NCBI GenBank assembly: GCA_030765685.1
Contig: JAVCCB010000082.1
Span: forward strand, 1-56,764
Reading direction: 5' to 3'
Origin: Candidatus Tantalella remota
Lineage (GTDB): Bacteria; Omnitrophota; Gorgyraeia; Tantalellales; Tantalellaceae
Length of the DNA stretch: 56,764 nt
Part shown: in pieces, positions 1 through 8,505 of the stretch
Position numbering within the stretch: position 1 is the stretch's first letter
How the letters are laid out: the number at the start of each line of letters is the position of its first letter
Program-made: the position numbers and the translations under genes
The notes under the pieces: model-generated
Told to the model about the DNA's origin: nothing
The model's database searches: none
The model's input: the letters and a program-made list of their open reading frames with translations, nothing else

Positions 1-61
1 CCCGCCTTCGCTAGAAGCTTCCACCTTCGCCAAGGCTACGGCGGACGAGTCGGCGGACAGG
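1..61 (+). repeat. Nested hairpin mini-element (outer unit with 30-nt unit at 20-49 inserted)
   Basis: cccgccttcgctagaagct[tccaccttcgccaaggctacggcggacgag]tcggcggacagg; near-identical to 2475-2534. Confidence 0.85.
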
Positions 62-123
62 CGGGCAAGCAAAAACTCAACCAAAACCCCGTAACCCGAG
101 ACAGGGTATTAGGGGATCAGGAC

Positions 124-294
124 ATCAGGGACGTGAGGCGATTCGACGCTACTTCAGATGCTGGATGCTAGATGCTCGTAGTTTGGGAATTGGGAATAGA
201 GAATCGGGAATAGATGGCAGAATACCAGGCTATCAGGATATCAGGGACGTGAGGCGATTCGACGCTACTTCAGATGCTGGATACTAGATGCTCG
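124..294 (+). repeat. 55-bp direct repeat (124-178 and 240-294) among heptamer repeats
   Basis: atcagggacgtgaggcgattcgacgctacttcagatgctggat(g/a)ctagatgctcg twice, 1 mismatch. Confidence 0.85.
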
Positions 295-391
295 ACGCTC
301 GTAAGAGCTTGCGAATTACGTGCCTGATATATGGCAAGCAAAAGCTAAGCCCAGCACCTAACACCGACAACCCAACACCTGCCGCCGGTCA

Positions 392-1318
392 TCATCCCCC
401 GCCTTCATCCATAACCTTTTTCAGCTGATTAATCGCTTCTTCATGTTTCGTTTGATCCATCTTTCTTAAATTATAAAGTTTCCACTGAACAGCGGGCATC
501 TTCTTCACATCATCAATCCCCAGCAATTCCCATTTTGGATCGCCTTCTTTGAACGATATAAGAAACATACGCTCATCGTCAGTAAAATCGTTATTAATCG
601 TTTCAATCAGTTCTTTTCGCACATTCTCAATATTTTCATAAGTAACATCAAGTGATGACATGTCCGCAAATTCCTTATCGTAGACTGCTTTCATATCCTT
701 AAGGTTCGGCGCCAATAACTCTGCCATAGTACGATTATGACTGACAAGATAAACAATAAACGCTTTTCGTACTTCCTCCGTAATACCTTCATTCTGAAAA
801 AGCAACATAATGTCAAACATATCACGGGGATGTTGCCTGTCCAGCGCGGCACATATTTTGGAACCGTACAACTGTGCGAAAGACAGGGTATTAATCGTGA
901 CAAATTTTTCGAAAACTTCTTCTGCTTTTTTAGCAAGATCGCGCTGCTCACATCCAAATACAGTCCCACGAATAATTAAATTTGGCTCAATTTTTACAAT
1001 AGCACCATGTTTTTTTACAAATAATTTTATAATCAGCTTTTCCTGAACGTCTTTTTTATTCTCCACCGTAACTGACGGAATAGCACTGATAATACTTTTT
1101 GATATTAGCTCCAGCTTTTGACTGATGCTTCTAAGCGTTTCATCACGATCAAGTATGGGCAAAAAGGTTAAATCAATATCTACAGAAATACGCGGCATAT
1201 CACGCACAAAGAAATTAATCGCCGTACCGCCATGCAACGCAAAATCGGTGTCTTTGCCAATGTGCGGCAGAACCGTCAGCAACAGATCCGCTTGTTTATC
1301 AAATAACATTTTTCCCAC
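392..1318 (-). CDS. abiEii: AbiEii/AbiGii-family nucleotidyltransferase toxin (type IV TA)
   Basis: ALHGGTAINFF, RISVDIDL and KICAALDRQHPRDMFD motifs; directly downstream of an AbiEi-like gene. Confidence 0.9.
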   Translation of the reverse strand: MGKMLFDKQADLLLTVLPHIGKDTDFALHGGTAINFFVRDMPRISVDIDLTFLPILDRDETLRSISQKLELISKSIISAIPSVTVENKKDVQEKLIIKLFVKKHGAIVKIEPNLIIRGTVFGCEQRDLAKKAEEVFEKFVTINTLSFAQLYGSKICAALDRQHPRDMFDIMLLFQNEGITEEVRKAFIVYLVSHNRTMAELLAPNLKDMKAVYDKEFADMSSLDVTYENIENVRKELIETINNDFTDDERMFLISFKEGDPKWELLGIDDVKKMPAVQWKLYNLRKMDQTKHEEAINQLKKVMDEGGG

Positions 1319-1329
1319 ACTTTCCCCCT

Positions 1330-2094
1330 CTACTTGGGTATGACTATCTTATACTTCTTATTATAATGGCCTGATCTGCAAAATGATCGGTTACCTGTAC
1401 CAAAATCAACATTTTTAAGATCCACACGTTTTGCCCACGCATGATGGTGTTTTTCAGCTAAATACATAAAAAGTCTTTTTGTCTTAACAGAATTGCACTT
1501 TTCCAAAAGTTCCTGAATAAGCTGCGGACGAAGAGTTGTAAATCCTTCAAAGATGAGGTCCAATTCATCAAAAGATTCATTATTGCCCACGTCATAACAG
1601 AATTCCATGGCTGCTCTTTCAGTTGACGATATTTTTATTTCAAAATTGCCGCAGTCAAATACAACAAGCCCAAGTGACGGAACATCTTTAAACAGGCCGG
1701 TCATAGTGTAGCGTATTTGTACGTTCCAGGAATAATTTTTAAACCAGGCGGGAAGTTTTTCGTTTGGCAAACCAAAAAGAACAACCTTCTCTTGTATTAA
1801 TCGAGCAGATACATAATGTGCGTTTCCATGAAGCTCTATTGCAGTCTTTCCCGACGGATGAACAGCCATCTTTGCTTGTGACTGTAAGGTATACACCCCA
1901 CCAAGCCAATCAACCTTTTCACCAGCCCTTTTGTACGCACCTCGTCCTATACGTTCTATCCATCCACTTTTTACATAAATATCCGCAAGTTGATGATACA
2001 CGCCTTGCTCTCCGAGCCAAGGATAAACAGCAGCAACCCCCTTAGGCAAACTTTTAAGCAAATTGTTTATTATGCTTCCTTTACGTCTATTCAT
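1330..2094 (-). CDS. abiEi: AbiEi-family antitoxin/transcriptional regulator (type IV TA)
   Basis: N-terminal wHTH-like YVKSGWIERIGRGAY, SSTERAAME, LRPQLIQELLEKCNSVKTKRLFMYLAE; paired with AbiEii. Confidence 0.88.
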   Translation of the reverse strand: MNRRKGSIINNLLKSLPKGVAAVYPWLGEQGVYHQLADIYVKSGWIERIGRGAYKRAGEKVDWLGGVYTLQSQAKMAVHPSGKTAIELHGNAHYVSARLIQEKVVLFGLPNEKLPAWFKNYSWNVQIRYTMTGLFKDVPSLGLVVFDCGNFEIKISSTERAAMEFCYDVGNNESFDELDLIFEGFTTLRPQLIQELLEKCNSVKTKRLFMYLAEKHHHAWAKRVDLKNVDFGTGNRSFCRSGHYNKKYKIVIPK

Positions 2095-2101
2095 AATAGA
2101 T

Positions 2102-2130
2102 AAAATAGCATAATTTTAAAGAATAGTCAA
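2102..2130 (-). promoter_or_regulatory. sigma70-type promoter of abiE operon (leaderless-like)
   Basis: TTGACT-17 nt-TATTTT with extended TG, 7 nt before the ATG at 2094. Confidence 0.6.
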
Positions 2131-2337
2131 GTTTTTTCTGTTTTTAGTTATACTTTATAATGATTCGATTTAGTAAATATATTGTAGCTCAAAAAAACTC
2201 ATTCCAAACTTGTATCTTTGCTATTTTGTACCATTTGTAGAATTGCGGCTAGATTAAGGGGTTCGTGTCGAAAATGGTATAGGGAGCGGGGACAGTACAA
2301 ATCTAAAACATGTCAGATACTGGGTGCTTACAAAAAC

Positions 2338-2897
2338 TGGGAATCGGGAATGGATCCAGGGTATCAGGTGATCAGGATATCCGGGACTGAGAGATCAGGC
2401 TATCAGGGAATTGGGGACAAATATCAGGAACAGTGAACTGGGAACAGTGAACAGCATATCTAAGTACCGGGTATCCCGCCTTCGCTGAAGCTTCCACCTT
2501 CGCCAAGGCTACGGCGGACGAGTCGGCGGACAGGCGGGTACCGAGTATCGGGCAAGCAAAAACTCAACCCAGATCCCTCGACTCCGACTCTTAGATCCTT
2601 CGAGTCGGCCCTTTGGGCCTCGCTCAGGATGACGAAATATACATGGTCGATACTCGTGAAAGCTTTCAAATTCGATACCGGGTACCGGGTATCGGGTACC
2701 GAGTATCGGGCAAGCAAAAGCTCAACCAGATCCCTCGACCCCCCCTGCAGCTGCTTTGTGCAGCAAAGCGCAGGGGTCGCTTCCGCCTTCGCTATCCGCT
2801 TTCGCTAAAGCTTCAGCGGACAAGAAGCTACCAGCCTTCGCTAAATCACTTATTCTTATCCAGCTTCGGCTGGCTTCGCGGCGGACAGGCGGAATGA
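2338..2897 (+). repeat. Mosaic intergenic repeat block: 7/8-nt tandem repeats, REP-like GATCCCTCGAC...GATGAC hairpins, nested mini-elements at 2475-2534 and 2782-2889
   Basis: Modules recur at 7860-8420, 10460-10620 and 29700-30110. Confidence 0.85.
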
Positions 2898-2988
2898 CAG
2901 TTTGAAATCAGGATTAGAGGAAATTATTGAATGACCTGCTTATCTCTAAGCAGCTGTTTGATCGAAGTAGCGGACTTATCTCTATATC

Positions 2989-3273
2989 TTAGGTAGACGA
3001 AGTCTGGTGCTTGAGGTGGGTCTGCTTCGCCCTCAAAAATGTTTTTTTACAAAAAGCCCTGCCTGACCCTGTCTTTAAATATCTTTCGAAACGTCTTGCT
3101 TTTTCTTCATTAGAAAAAGCAAGAAAATTTTTAACCTTCCAAGGCTTATGCCTGGTCGTATGCGGTACTCTGCCACTGTTGTGTTCCTTGAGCCGCATTT
3201 CAATGTTTTCAGTATATCCCGTGTACTTTTGCAATGGGTTAACTACTGACTGCAATTGGTATACATAATACAT
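2989..3273 (-). CDS. Small stand-alone GIY-YIG nuclease family protein
   Basis: YYVYQL...KYTGYTENIEMRLKEHN, TTRHKPW, ARRFERYLKTGSGRAF; C-terminus possibly extended by a frameshift. Confidence 0.9.
   Translation of the reverse strand: MYYVYQLQSVVNPLQKYTGYTENIEMRLKEHNSGRVPHTTRHKPWKVKNFLAFSNEEKARRFERYLKTGSGRAFCKKTFLRAKQTHLKHQTSST
2990..3020. repeat. Degenerate copy of tRNA-Leu 3' end plus trailer (att-like)
   Basis: taggtagacgaagtctggtgcttgaggtggg vs taggtaggcgaagtctggtgccggaggtggg (3484-3514), 28/31 identical. Confidence 0.8.
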
Positions 3274-3492
3274 AGGCCCGCCTTCGCTTATTACTTAATC
3301 TTATCTAGCTTCGGCGCGCAGACTTCGCCTTTCTTTAATGGCCTGCCAGACGAAGCCAGATACTATAAAAATAGGTAGGCTTTATAGGCCCGCCTTCGCT
3401 TATTACTTAATCTTATCTAGCTTCGGCGCGCAGACTTCGCCTTTCTTTAATGGCCTGCCAGACGAAGCCAGATACTATAAAAATAGGTAGGC
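3272..3492. repeat. Tandem duplication, 109-bp unit with 112-bp period (3272-3380, 3384-3492)
   Basis: Two apparently identical copies from ataggcccgccttcgc to ataggtaggc. Confidence 0.93.
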
Positions 3493-3498
3493 GAAGTC

Positions 3499-3585
3499 TG
3501 GTGCCGGAGGTGGGAGTCGAACCCACACGGAGTTTCCCCCACTGGATTTTGAATCCAGCGCGTCTGCCAGTTTCACCACTCCGGC
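3499..3585 (-). tRNA. tRNA-Leu(CAA), 87 nt, encoded CCA
   Basis: GCCGGAG acceptor stem, CTGGA-TTCAAAA-TCCAG anticodon arm, long variable arm, GGTTCGACTCC T-arm, ACCA end. Confidence 0.97.
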
Positions 3586-3606
3586 ACATGTATCTAAGAA
3601 AAAACA

Positions 3607-3635
3607 ATTGTATTATCCCTGCAACTATAAGTCAA
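3607..3635 (-). promoter_or_regulatory. sigma70 promoter of tRNA-Leu
   Basis: TTGACT-17 nt-TACAAT just upstream of the tRNA. Confidence 0.75.
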
Positions 3636-3642
3636 GTTCCTT

Positions 3643-3876
3643 AGATCCCTCGACTCCTCTGCTTCGGCTTTTTTGGCTTCGCAGAAGTCGCTCCCGCCGT
3701 TGCTATCCGCTTTCGCTAAAGCTTCAGCGGACAAGAAGCTATGGCGGACAGGCGGGATGACATCATGGGTACCGAGTATCCCTCCTTCCTCCTTCGCCAA
3801 CCTATTTAGGTTTTATCTGGCTACGACGGACTTCGTCGCTGAAACTACGTCGGACAGGCGGGTATCGGGTATCGAG
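3643..3876 (+). repeat. REP-like hairpin and heptamer array carrying nested mini-elements (3693-3752, 3780-3858)
   Basis: 30+30 nt and 30+49 nt nested units. Confidence 0.85.
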
Positions 3877-3887
3877 CAATCTCCGAA

Positions 3888-5528
3888 TTACGAACTCCCA
3901 ACTACGAACTCTATTAGCGACGGGTCGTAATCTTCGACGTTCTCATAACCCAATAGGTTTAGTATCGTTCCCGCTACGTTGGAAAGGCCGCGTTTAGGCA
4001 GTTCTTTCATTTTATATTCACCCGCGTACTGCGGGTCGTATATAGCGAACGGTACCGGATTTAGTGTATGCGCGGTCTTGGGCACATGCTCACCGTTCTT
4101 TACCGAGAACATCTCGTCAGAGTTCCCGTGGTCGGCGATTATTATGGCTATTCCGTCCAGCTCCTTGACCACGTCTAATAGCTGCTGCACGCAACCGTCC
4201 ACGGTCTCAACGGCCTCTATCACGGCTTCGGGGACCGCAGTATGACCGACCATATCGCCGTTAGCAAAATTAAGCCTGCCGAACCGGAATTTCCCGCTTT
4301 TAAGCAGCTCTGTGGTTTTCGCAGTTATCTCCGGAGCTTTCATCTTAGGAGCTTTATCAAACTGTATCCTGTCCGACGGGATCTCAAAATATTCCTCAAA
4401 ATCTTCACAAATATACCCGGATTTGTTCCCGTTCCAGAAATATGTCACATGTCCGTATTTCTGTGTTTCCGACAGAGCGAACATCCTCACCTTCTCGGCA
4501 CACAGGTACTCACACACGGTCCTGTCTATTTCAGGAGGCGTGACCAGATATTTTTTAGGGATATGCAGGTCACCGTCATATTCCATCATCCCGGCATAAA
4601 TAACGGAAGGAAAACGCTCACGGTCAAACTCGTTGAAATCCTTTTCTTCAAAGGCGCGGGAGATCTCTATCGACCGGTCTCCTCTATAGTTAAAGAACAC
4701 TACACAATCCCCGTTCTCTATGCGGCCGACCGGCTCATCATTCTCGGCCACTACAAAAGGCTCCATATACTGGTCGGTGATGGCGGCGTCTTCGGTGTAG
4801 TAAGTCTGGACCGCTTCCTTGGCTGAAGAAAACAACCGCCCTTTTCCCAGGACATGCGTGTCCCACCCTCTTTTAACAACACTCCAGTCAGCGTTATACC
4901 GGTCCATAGTCGTTATCATCCGGCCGCCTCCGGAAGCTATTCGATAATCATAACCTTTTTCGGCACGGATCCTTTCCAGGACCTCTTCCGTTCTTTCTAT
5001 GTATTCAAGCGCTGATTTCGCGGGCACGTCACGTCCGTCAAGAAGAGCGTGTATTCTCACCTTCTTCACTTCTTCCTTTGCCAGATGCTGGATCATGGCA
5101 TAAAGCTGGTCAATATGAGAATGGACGTTGCCGTCCGATAAAAGACCTAAAAAATGAAATGCACCGCCGGTTTTCTTAACGTGTAACACCAGTTCTTTCC
5201 AGGTATCGGTATTAAAGATAGCCCCTTCTTCTATAGCGTGGTTGACCCTTTTTGCGCCCTGATCGAATACCCTGCCCGCGCCAAGAGCATTGTGTCCCAC
5301 TTCGCTGTTACCCATATCTTCGTCCGAAGGAAGCCCCACTGCCGTCCCATGCGCCTGCAATGTAGTATAAAGCTCCGAACCAAACAGTTTATCAAGGCAT
5401 GGTGTTTTCGCCACGTAAACAGCGTTGGTCTCGTCTTGCTTACCTATACCCACACCGTCCATTATTATCATTAAAAGCGGACCTTTTCTGGGCGTGAAGT
5501 TTTCCAGTTTTTTTAAGCTTAATTCCAT
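3888..5528 (-). CDS. gpmI: 2,3-bisphosphoglycerate-independent phosphoglycerate mutase
   Basis: IMDGVG, MGNSEVGH, SDGNVHSH, DGRD, ETQKYGHVTYF, NGDMVGH, ADHGN, TAHT. Confidence 0.97.
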   Translation of the reverse strand: MELSLKKLENFTPRKGPLLMIIMDGVGIGKQDETNAVYVAKTPCLDKLFGSELYTTLQAHGTAVGLPSDEDMGNSEVGHNALGAGRVFDQGAKRVNHAIEEGAIFNTDTWKELVLHVKKTGGAFHFLGLLSDGNVHSHIDQLYAMIQHLAKEEVKKVRIHALLDGRDVPAKSALEYIERTEEVLERIRAEKGYDYRIASGGGRMITTMDRYNADWSVVKRGWDTHVLGKGRLFSSAKEAVQTYYTEDAAITDQYMEPFVVAENDEPVGRIENGDCVVFFNYRGDRSIEISRAFEEKDFNEFDRERFPSVIYAGMMEYDGDLHIPKKYLVTPPEIDRTVCEYLCAEKVRMFALSETQKYGHVTYFWNGNKSGYICEDFEEYFEIPSDRIQFDKAPKMKAPEITAKTTELLKSGKFRFGRLNFANGDMVGHTAVPEAVIEAVETVDGCVQQLLDVVKELDGIAIIIADHGNSDEMFSVKNGEHVPKTAHTLNPVPFAIYDPQYAGEYKMKELPKRGLSNVAGTILNLLGYENVEDYDPSLIEFVVGSS

Positions 5529-5544
5529 TTAGTCGTTCCCTTTC

Positions 5545-5790
5545 CGCTAATAGTATTTAGTATTCAGTATCTCGTATCTCGTCTTGGTATATAGTTTTGG
5601 GTTTAGCTGCTGGTATAGTCTCCGCTTCTTGGTGCTTGGTTGCAAATCCCAGGATATCAGGTTATCAGGATATTTGGGACTAGGGTATCAGGTTATTGGG
5701 ATATCAGGGACAAAACCAGTTCGCTTACCTTTTCCTGATCTCCTGATATCCAGATACCCTGAATCTGTTCACAGTTTACTGTTTACAGCT
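5545..5790. repeat. 7/8-nt tandem repeat mosaic with an inverted octamer pair
   Basis: ggatatca/ggttatca arrays at 5650-5710 mirrored by cctgat-type arrays at 5734-5762. Confidence 0.7.
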
Positions 5791-5792
5791 TA

Positions 5793-7715
5793 CTATGTCT
5801 TTATCGCCATTACCGTGATATCGTCATGCTGCTTGGCTTTGCCGGCAAAAGCGGTTACTTCCATATGTATGGCATCCACAACCTCTTCGGCGGAACAACC
5901 TGCCAGTGTAGTCCCCAACGCCGAAAGGCGTTCCTCTTCGAACATCTCTCCCCTGGTATTCATGGCCTCGGTCACACCGTCCGAATAAAGGACAAAGATG
6001 CTTCCCTTCTGGTATTCGTGCTCGCCCGGGGCGAAATCGCACTCTATCATCCCCAGCGGCATACCTTCGGTAACGTCCAGAAACTGGACGGTACCGTCCG
6101 GCGCTATCACCATAGTAGGCATATGCCCGCCTATGGCCTGTTTGATCTTGTTGATGCCTGGTTCTATATCCATAAACGTCAGCGTGACAAAAAGACCGCT
6201 GCTGCTATCGGCGCACAGGCGATCATTTACCATTTTTAAGACTTCCGTCGGTGAGCCTTCCTTGACGAACGTCTTGAACACACTAACGACCTTTGCCATG
6301 TAAAGCGCTGCCGGCACGCCTTTACCTGAAACGTCACCAAGCATCACACCCAACCTGTTATCATCAAGCTTTACTATATCGTAAAGGTCTCCGCCGACAT
6401 GAAGCGCTGTAACCATCTTCACGCTTACCTCGAGCCCGCCCACATCAGGTATTTCCGTGGGAAGAAAACTCTGCTGTATATCCTTAGCGATATAAAGTTC
6501 TTTCTCTATTACTTCTCTTTTCCTGAGTTCGGTCACGTATTTTTTAAAAGTAAATATGGCATAGATTATGCCGATAGATAAAAGAGGATAGAAAACGTCC
6601 ACCCATATCCCTAAGTTCCAGAAAAAAGATATAGCCAAGATCACGTAGAACAGCATCACCGTCACTATCGAGAGAAACGCGAAACGTTTACGGCTGTGGA
6701 CCGTGGAATACGCCGTGATGAACCATACCACTATTATCAGGAGAAGGTTCCACCATTTGTTCAGCCTGAATATGAATTCATTCTCGAGGATACTGTTATA
6801 TACGCTTGTATGCACGCCTATACCGGGATATAACGGCTCCATCGGCGAAGGATGAGCGTCGGGTGATGCCGTTGCCGTCAATCCTATGAAACACACAGTC
6901 CCTTTAAGGTTCTTTAAGTTGATCACCGGTTTTTGTCCGGTAACATCCGCCAGATATGATTGAAGCACATCGACATAAGAATAATGCTTAAACGCGCTGC
7001 CCCACACATCGGGATAATCTACGAGCATAGATGATTCGTACCCTAACGGTATTACAAGATCGTCATCCACTATCATTTTTTTACCGGGAATTATTTTTAC
7101 GTTATCGAATGAATAGTCGAGGTTGTTCAGCGCTATAAGGACCGTCAAATTCGGATAGTATTTCCCTTCATATTCGATGAAGGGCGGTATCCTCCGGACT
7201 TTGCCGTCCTGGTCCGGCTTTACGTTAACGAACCCCGTGCCGAGCGCGGCATCCGCAAGCGGCTTGATAAGCGGCGCCGCGTAACCTGTAGCGTATAGCT
7301 TGGACTTGTCCGGGTTATCCCTATCGAGCTCAAATACATACGGAATGTATACGTTACCCGCTTCCTTGACCGCGTCAGCGAAAGCTTCGTCGCCCTCATT
7401 GGTCTCGCTGAAAAAAATATCGAATACTATAGTCTCTACGCCCGCTGACTTGAGCGCTTTTGTAAGAAGCGCGTGATAATTCCTCGGGAACGGCCATTTA
7501 CCTATTTTATCTATAGAATCATCGCCGACTTCGATGATGACGATCTTCTCATCTACAGGCTGTGCGGGACGTATCTTATACCTGAAATCCAGCGTACTGT
7601 ACTCAAATTCATCGAAGACTCTCGAAAAGGAAAGAAACAGCATCACCAGTGACACCAGCACCGCCAGGATATAAAACAGGATCTTCTCTTTATCTATGGA
7701 TTTGATCATATGCAA
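5793..7715 (-). CDS. CHASE2-domain sensor fused to SpoIIE/RsbU-type PP2C phosphatase
   Basis: N-terminal TM; GKWPFPR, FDIFF, DQDGKVRR, PGIGVH (CHASE2); 3 TMs; VGGDLYD, GDVSGKG, YSDGVTEA, DDIT; start may be 7709. Confidence 0.93.
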   Translation of the reverse strand: MHMIKSIDKEKILFYILAVLVSLVMLFLSFSRVFDEFEYSTLDFRYKIRPAQPVDEKIVIIEVGDDSIDKIGKWPFPRNYHALLTKALKSAGVETIVFDIFFSETNEGDEAFADAVKEAGNVYIPYVFELDRDNPDKSKLYATGYAAPLIKPLADAALGTGFVNVKPDQDGKVRRIPPFIEYEGKYYPNLTVLIALNNLDYSFDNVKIIPGKKMIVDDDLVIPLGYESSMLVDYPDVWGSAFKHYSYVDVLQSYLADVTGQKPVINLKNLKGTVCFIGLTATASPDAHPSPMEPLYPGIGVHTSVYNSILENEFIFRLNKWWNLLLIIVVWFITAYSTVHSRKRFAFLSIVTVMLFYVILAISFFWNLGIWVDVFYPLLSIGIIYAIFTFKKYVTELRKREVIEKELYIAKDIQQSFLPTEIPDVGGLEVSVKMVTALHVGGDLYDIVKLDDNRLGVMLGDVSGKGVPAALYMAKVVSVFKTFVKEGSPTEVLKMVNDRLCADSSSGLFVTLTFMDIEPGINKIKQAIGGHMPTMVIAPDGTVQFLDVTEGMPLGMIECDFAPGEHEYQKGSIFVLYSDGVTEAMNTRGEMFEEERLSALGTTLAGCSAEEVVDAIHMEVTAFAGKAKQHDDITVMAIKT

Positions 7716-7747
7716 CTCTCGTCTTTATAAAATCTAATATTTGTAAT

Positions 7748-7776
7748 ATTATAACCGTTAGTAGCTTATTTGGGAA
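7748..7776 (-). promoter_or_regulatory. Putative promoter of CHASE2-PP2C gene
   Basis: TTCCCA-17 nt-TATAAT. Confidence 0.5.
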
Positions 7777-7787
7777 TAGTTAATCTG

Positions 7788-8481
7788 AGTACCGGGTATC
7801 GGGTACCGGGTATCGGGCAAACCGGAGCTGGTTTAGGGGTTTAGTTTTGGAAACTGGAAACAGATCCAGGATATCAGGGAATCAGGGGTATTGGGGACAA
7901 ATATCAGGAACAGTGAACAACATATCTAAGTACCGGGTATCGGGTACCGAGTATCGGGCAAGCAAAAGCTAAACCTAGATCCCTTGGTTCGGCCTTACGG
8001 CCTTCGCTCCCGCCTTCCTCCTTCGCCAACCTATTTAGATTTTATCTGGCTACGGCGGACTTCGTCGCTGAAGCTTCCACCTTCGCCAAGGCTACGGCGG
8101 ACGAGTCGGCGGACAGGCGGGATGACAGTGAGGGACTCAACCAAAACCCCGTAACCCGAGACAGGGGATCAGGGAATCAGGCGATTGGGGACTAGGAAAT
8201 CAGGGAATCAGGGAATTGGGGACAAATATCAGGAACAGTGAACAACATATCTAAGTACCGGGTATCGGGTACCGAGTATCGGGCAAGCAAAAGCTAAACC
8301 TAGATCCCTCGGTTCGGCCTTAAGGCCTTCGCTCCCGCCTTCCTCCTTCGCCAATCTATTTAGATTTTATCTGGCTACGGCGGACGAGTCGGCGGACAGG
8401 CGGGATGACAGTGAGGGGCTCTATTGGACACGCAGTCGAGAAATCTGGTACTAAATACTGCATACTGAATACTAAATACTG
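7788..8481 (+). repeat. Mosaic repeat block with two related ~220-270-bp direct copies; nested elements at 8009-8117 and 8334-8400
   Basis: ttggggacaaatatcaggaacagtgaacaacatatctaagtaccgg...cgggatgacagtgaggg occurs twice; the second copy lacks 42 nt between repeated ggctacggcggac. Confidence 0.88.
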
Positions 8482-8505
8482 GATTTTGATAGTGTGCTTA
8501 AACTT

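Noticed and set aside
2218-2897. ORFs 2218..2436, 2460..2717 and 2613..2897
   Set aside because: They are translations of repeat modules (PDTRYP, YRVPGIG), with no RBS or domain.
3272-3492. Possible CRISPR array, here or in other repeat blocks
   Set aside because: No constant repeat with unique, similar-length spacers, and no cas genes.
2989-3585. Classical integrative element or prophage at tRNA-Leu
   Set aside because: No integrase, transposase or phage genes in the window; only the short att-like duplication is supported.
3413-3930. ORFs overlapping the tRNA and nested elements
   Set aside because: Explained by tRNA-Leu and the hairpin repeats.
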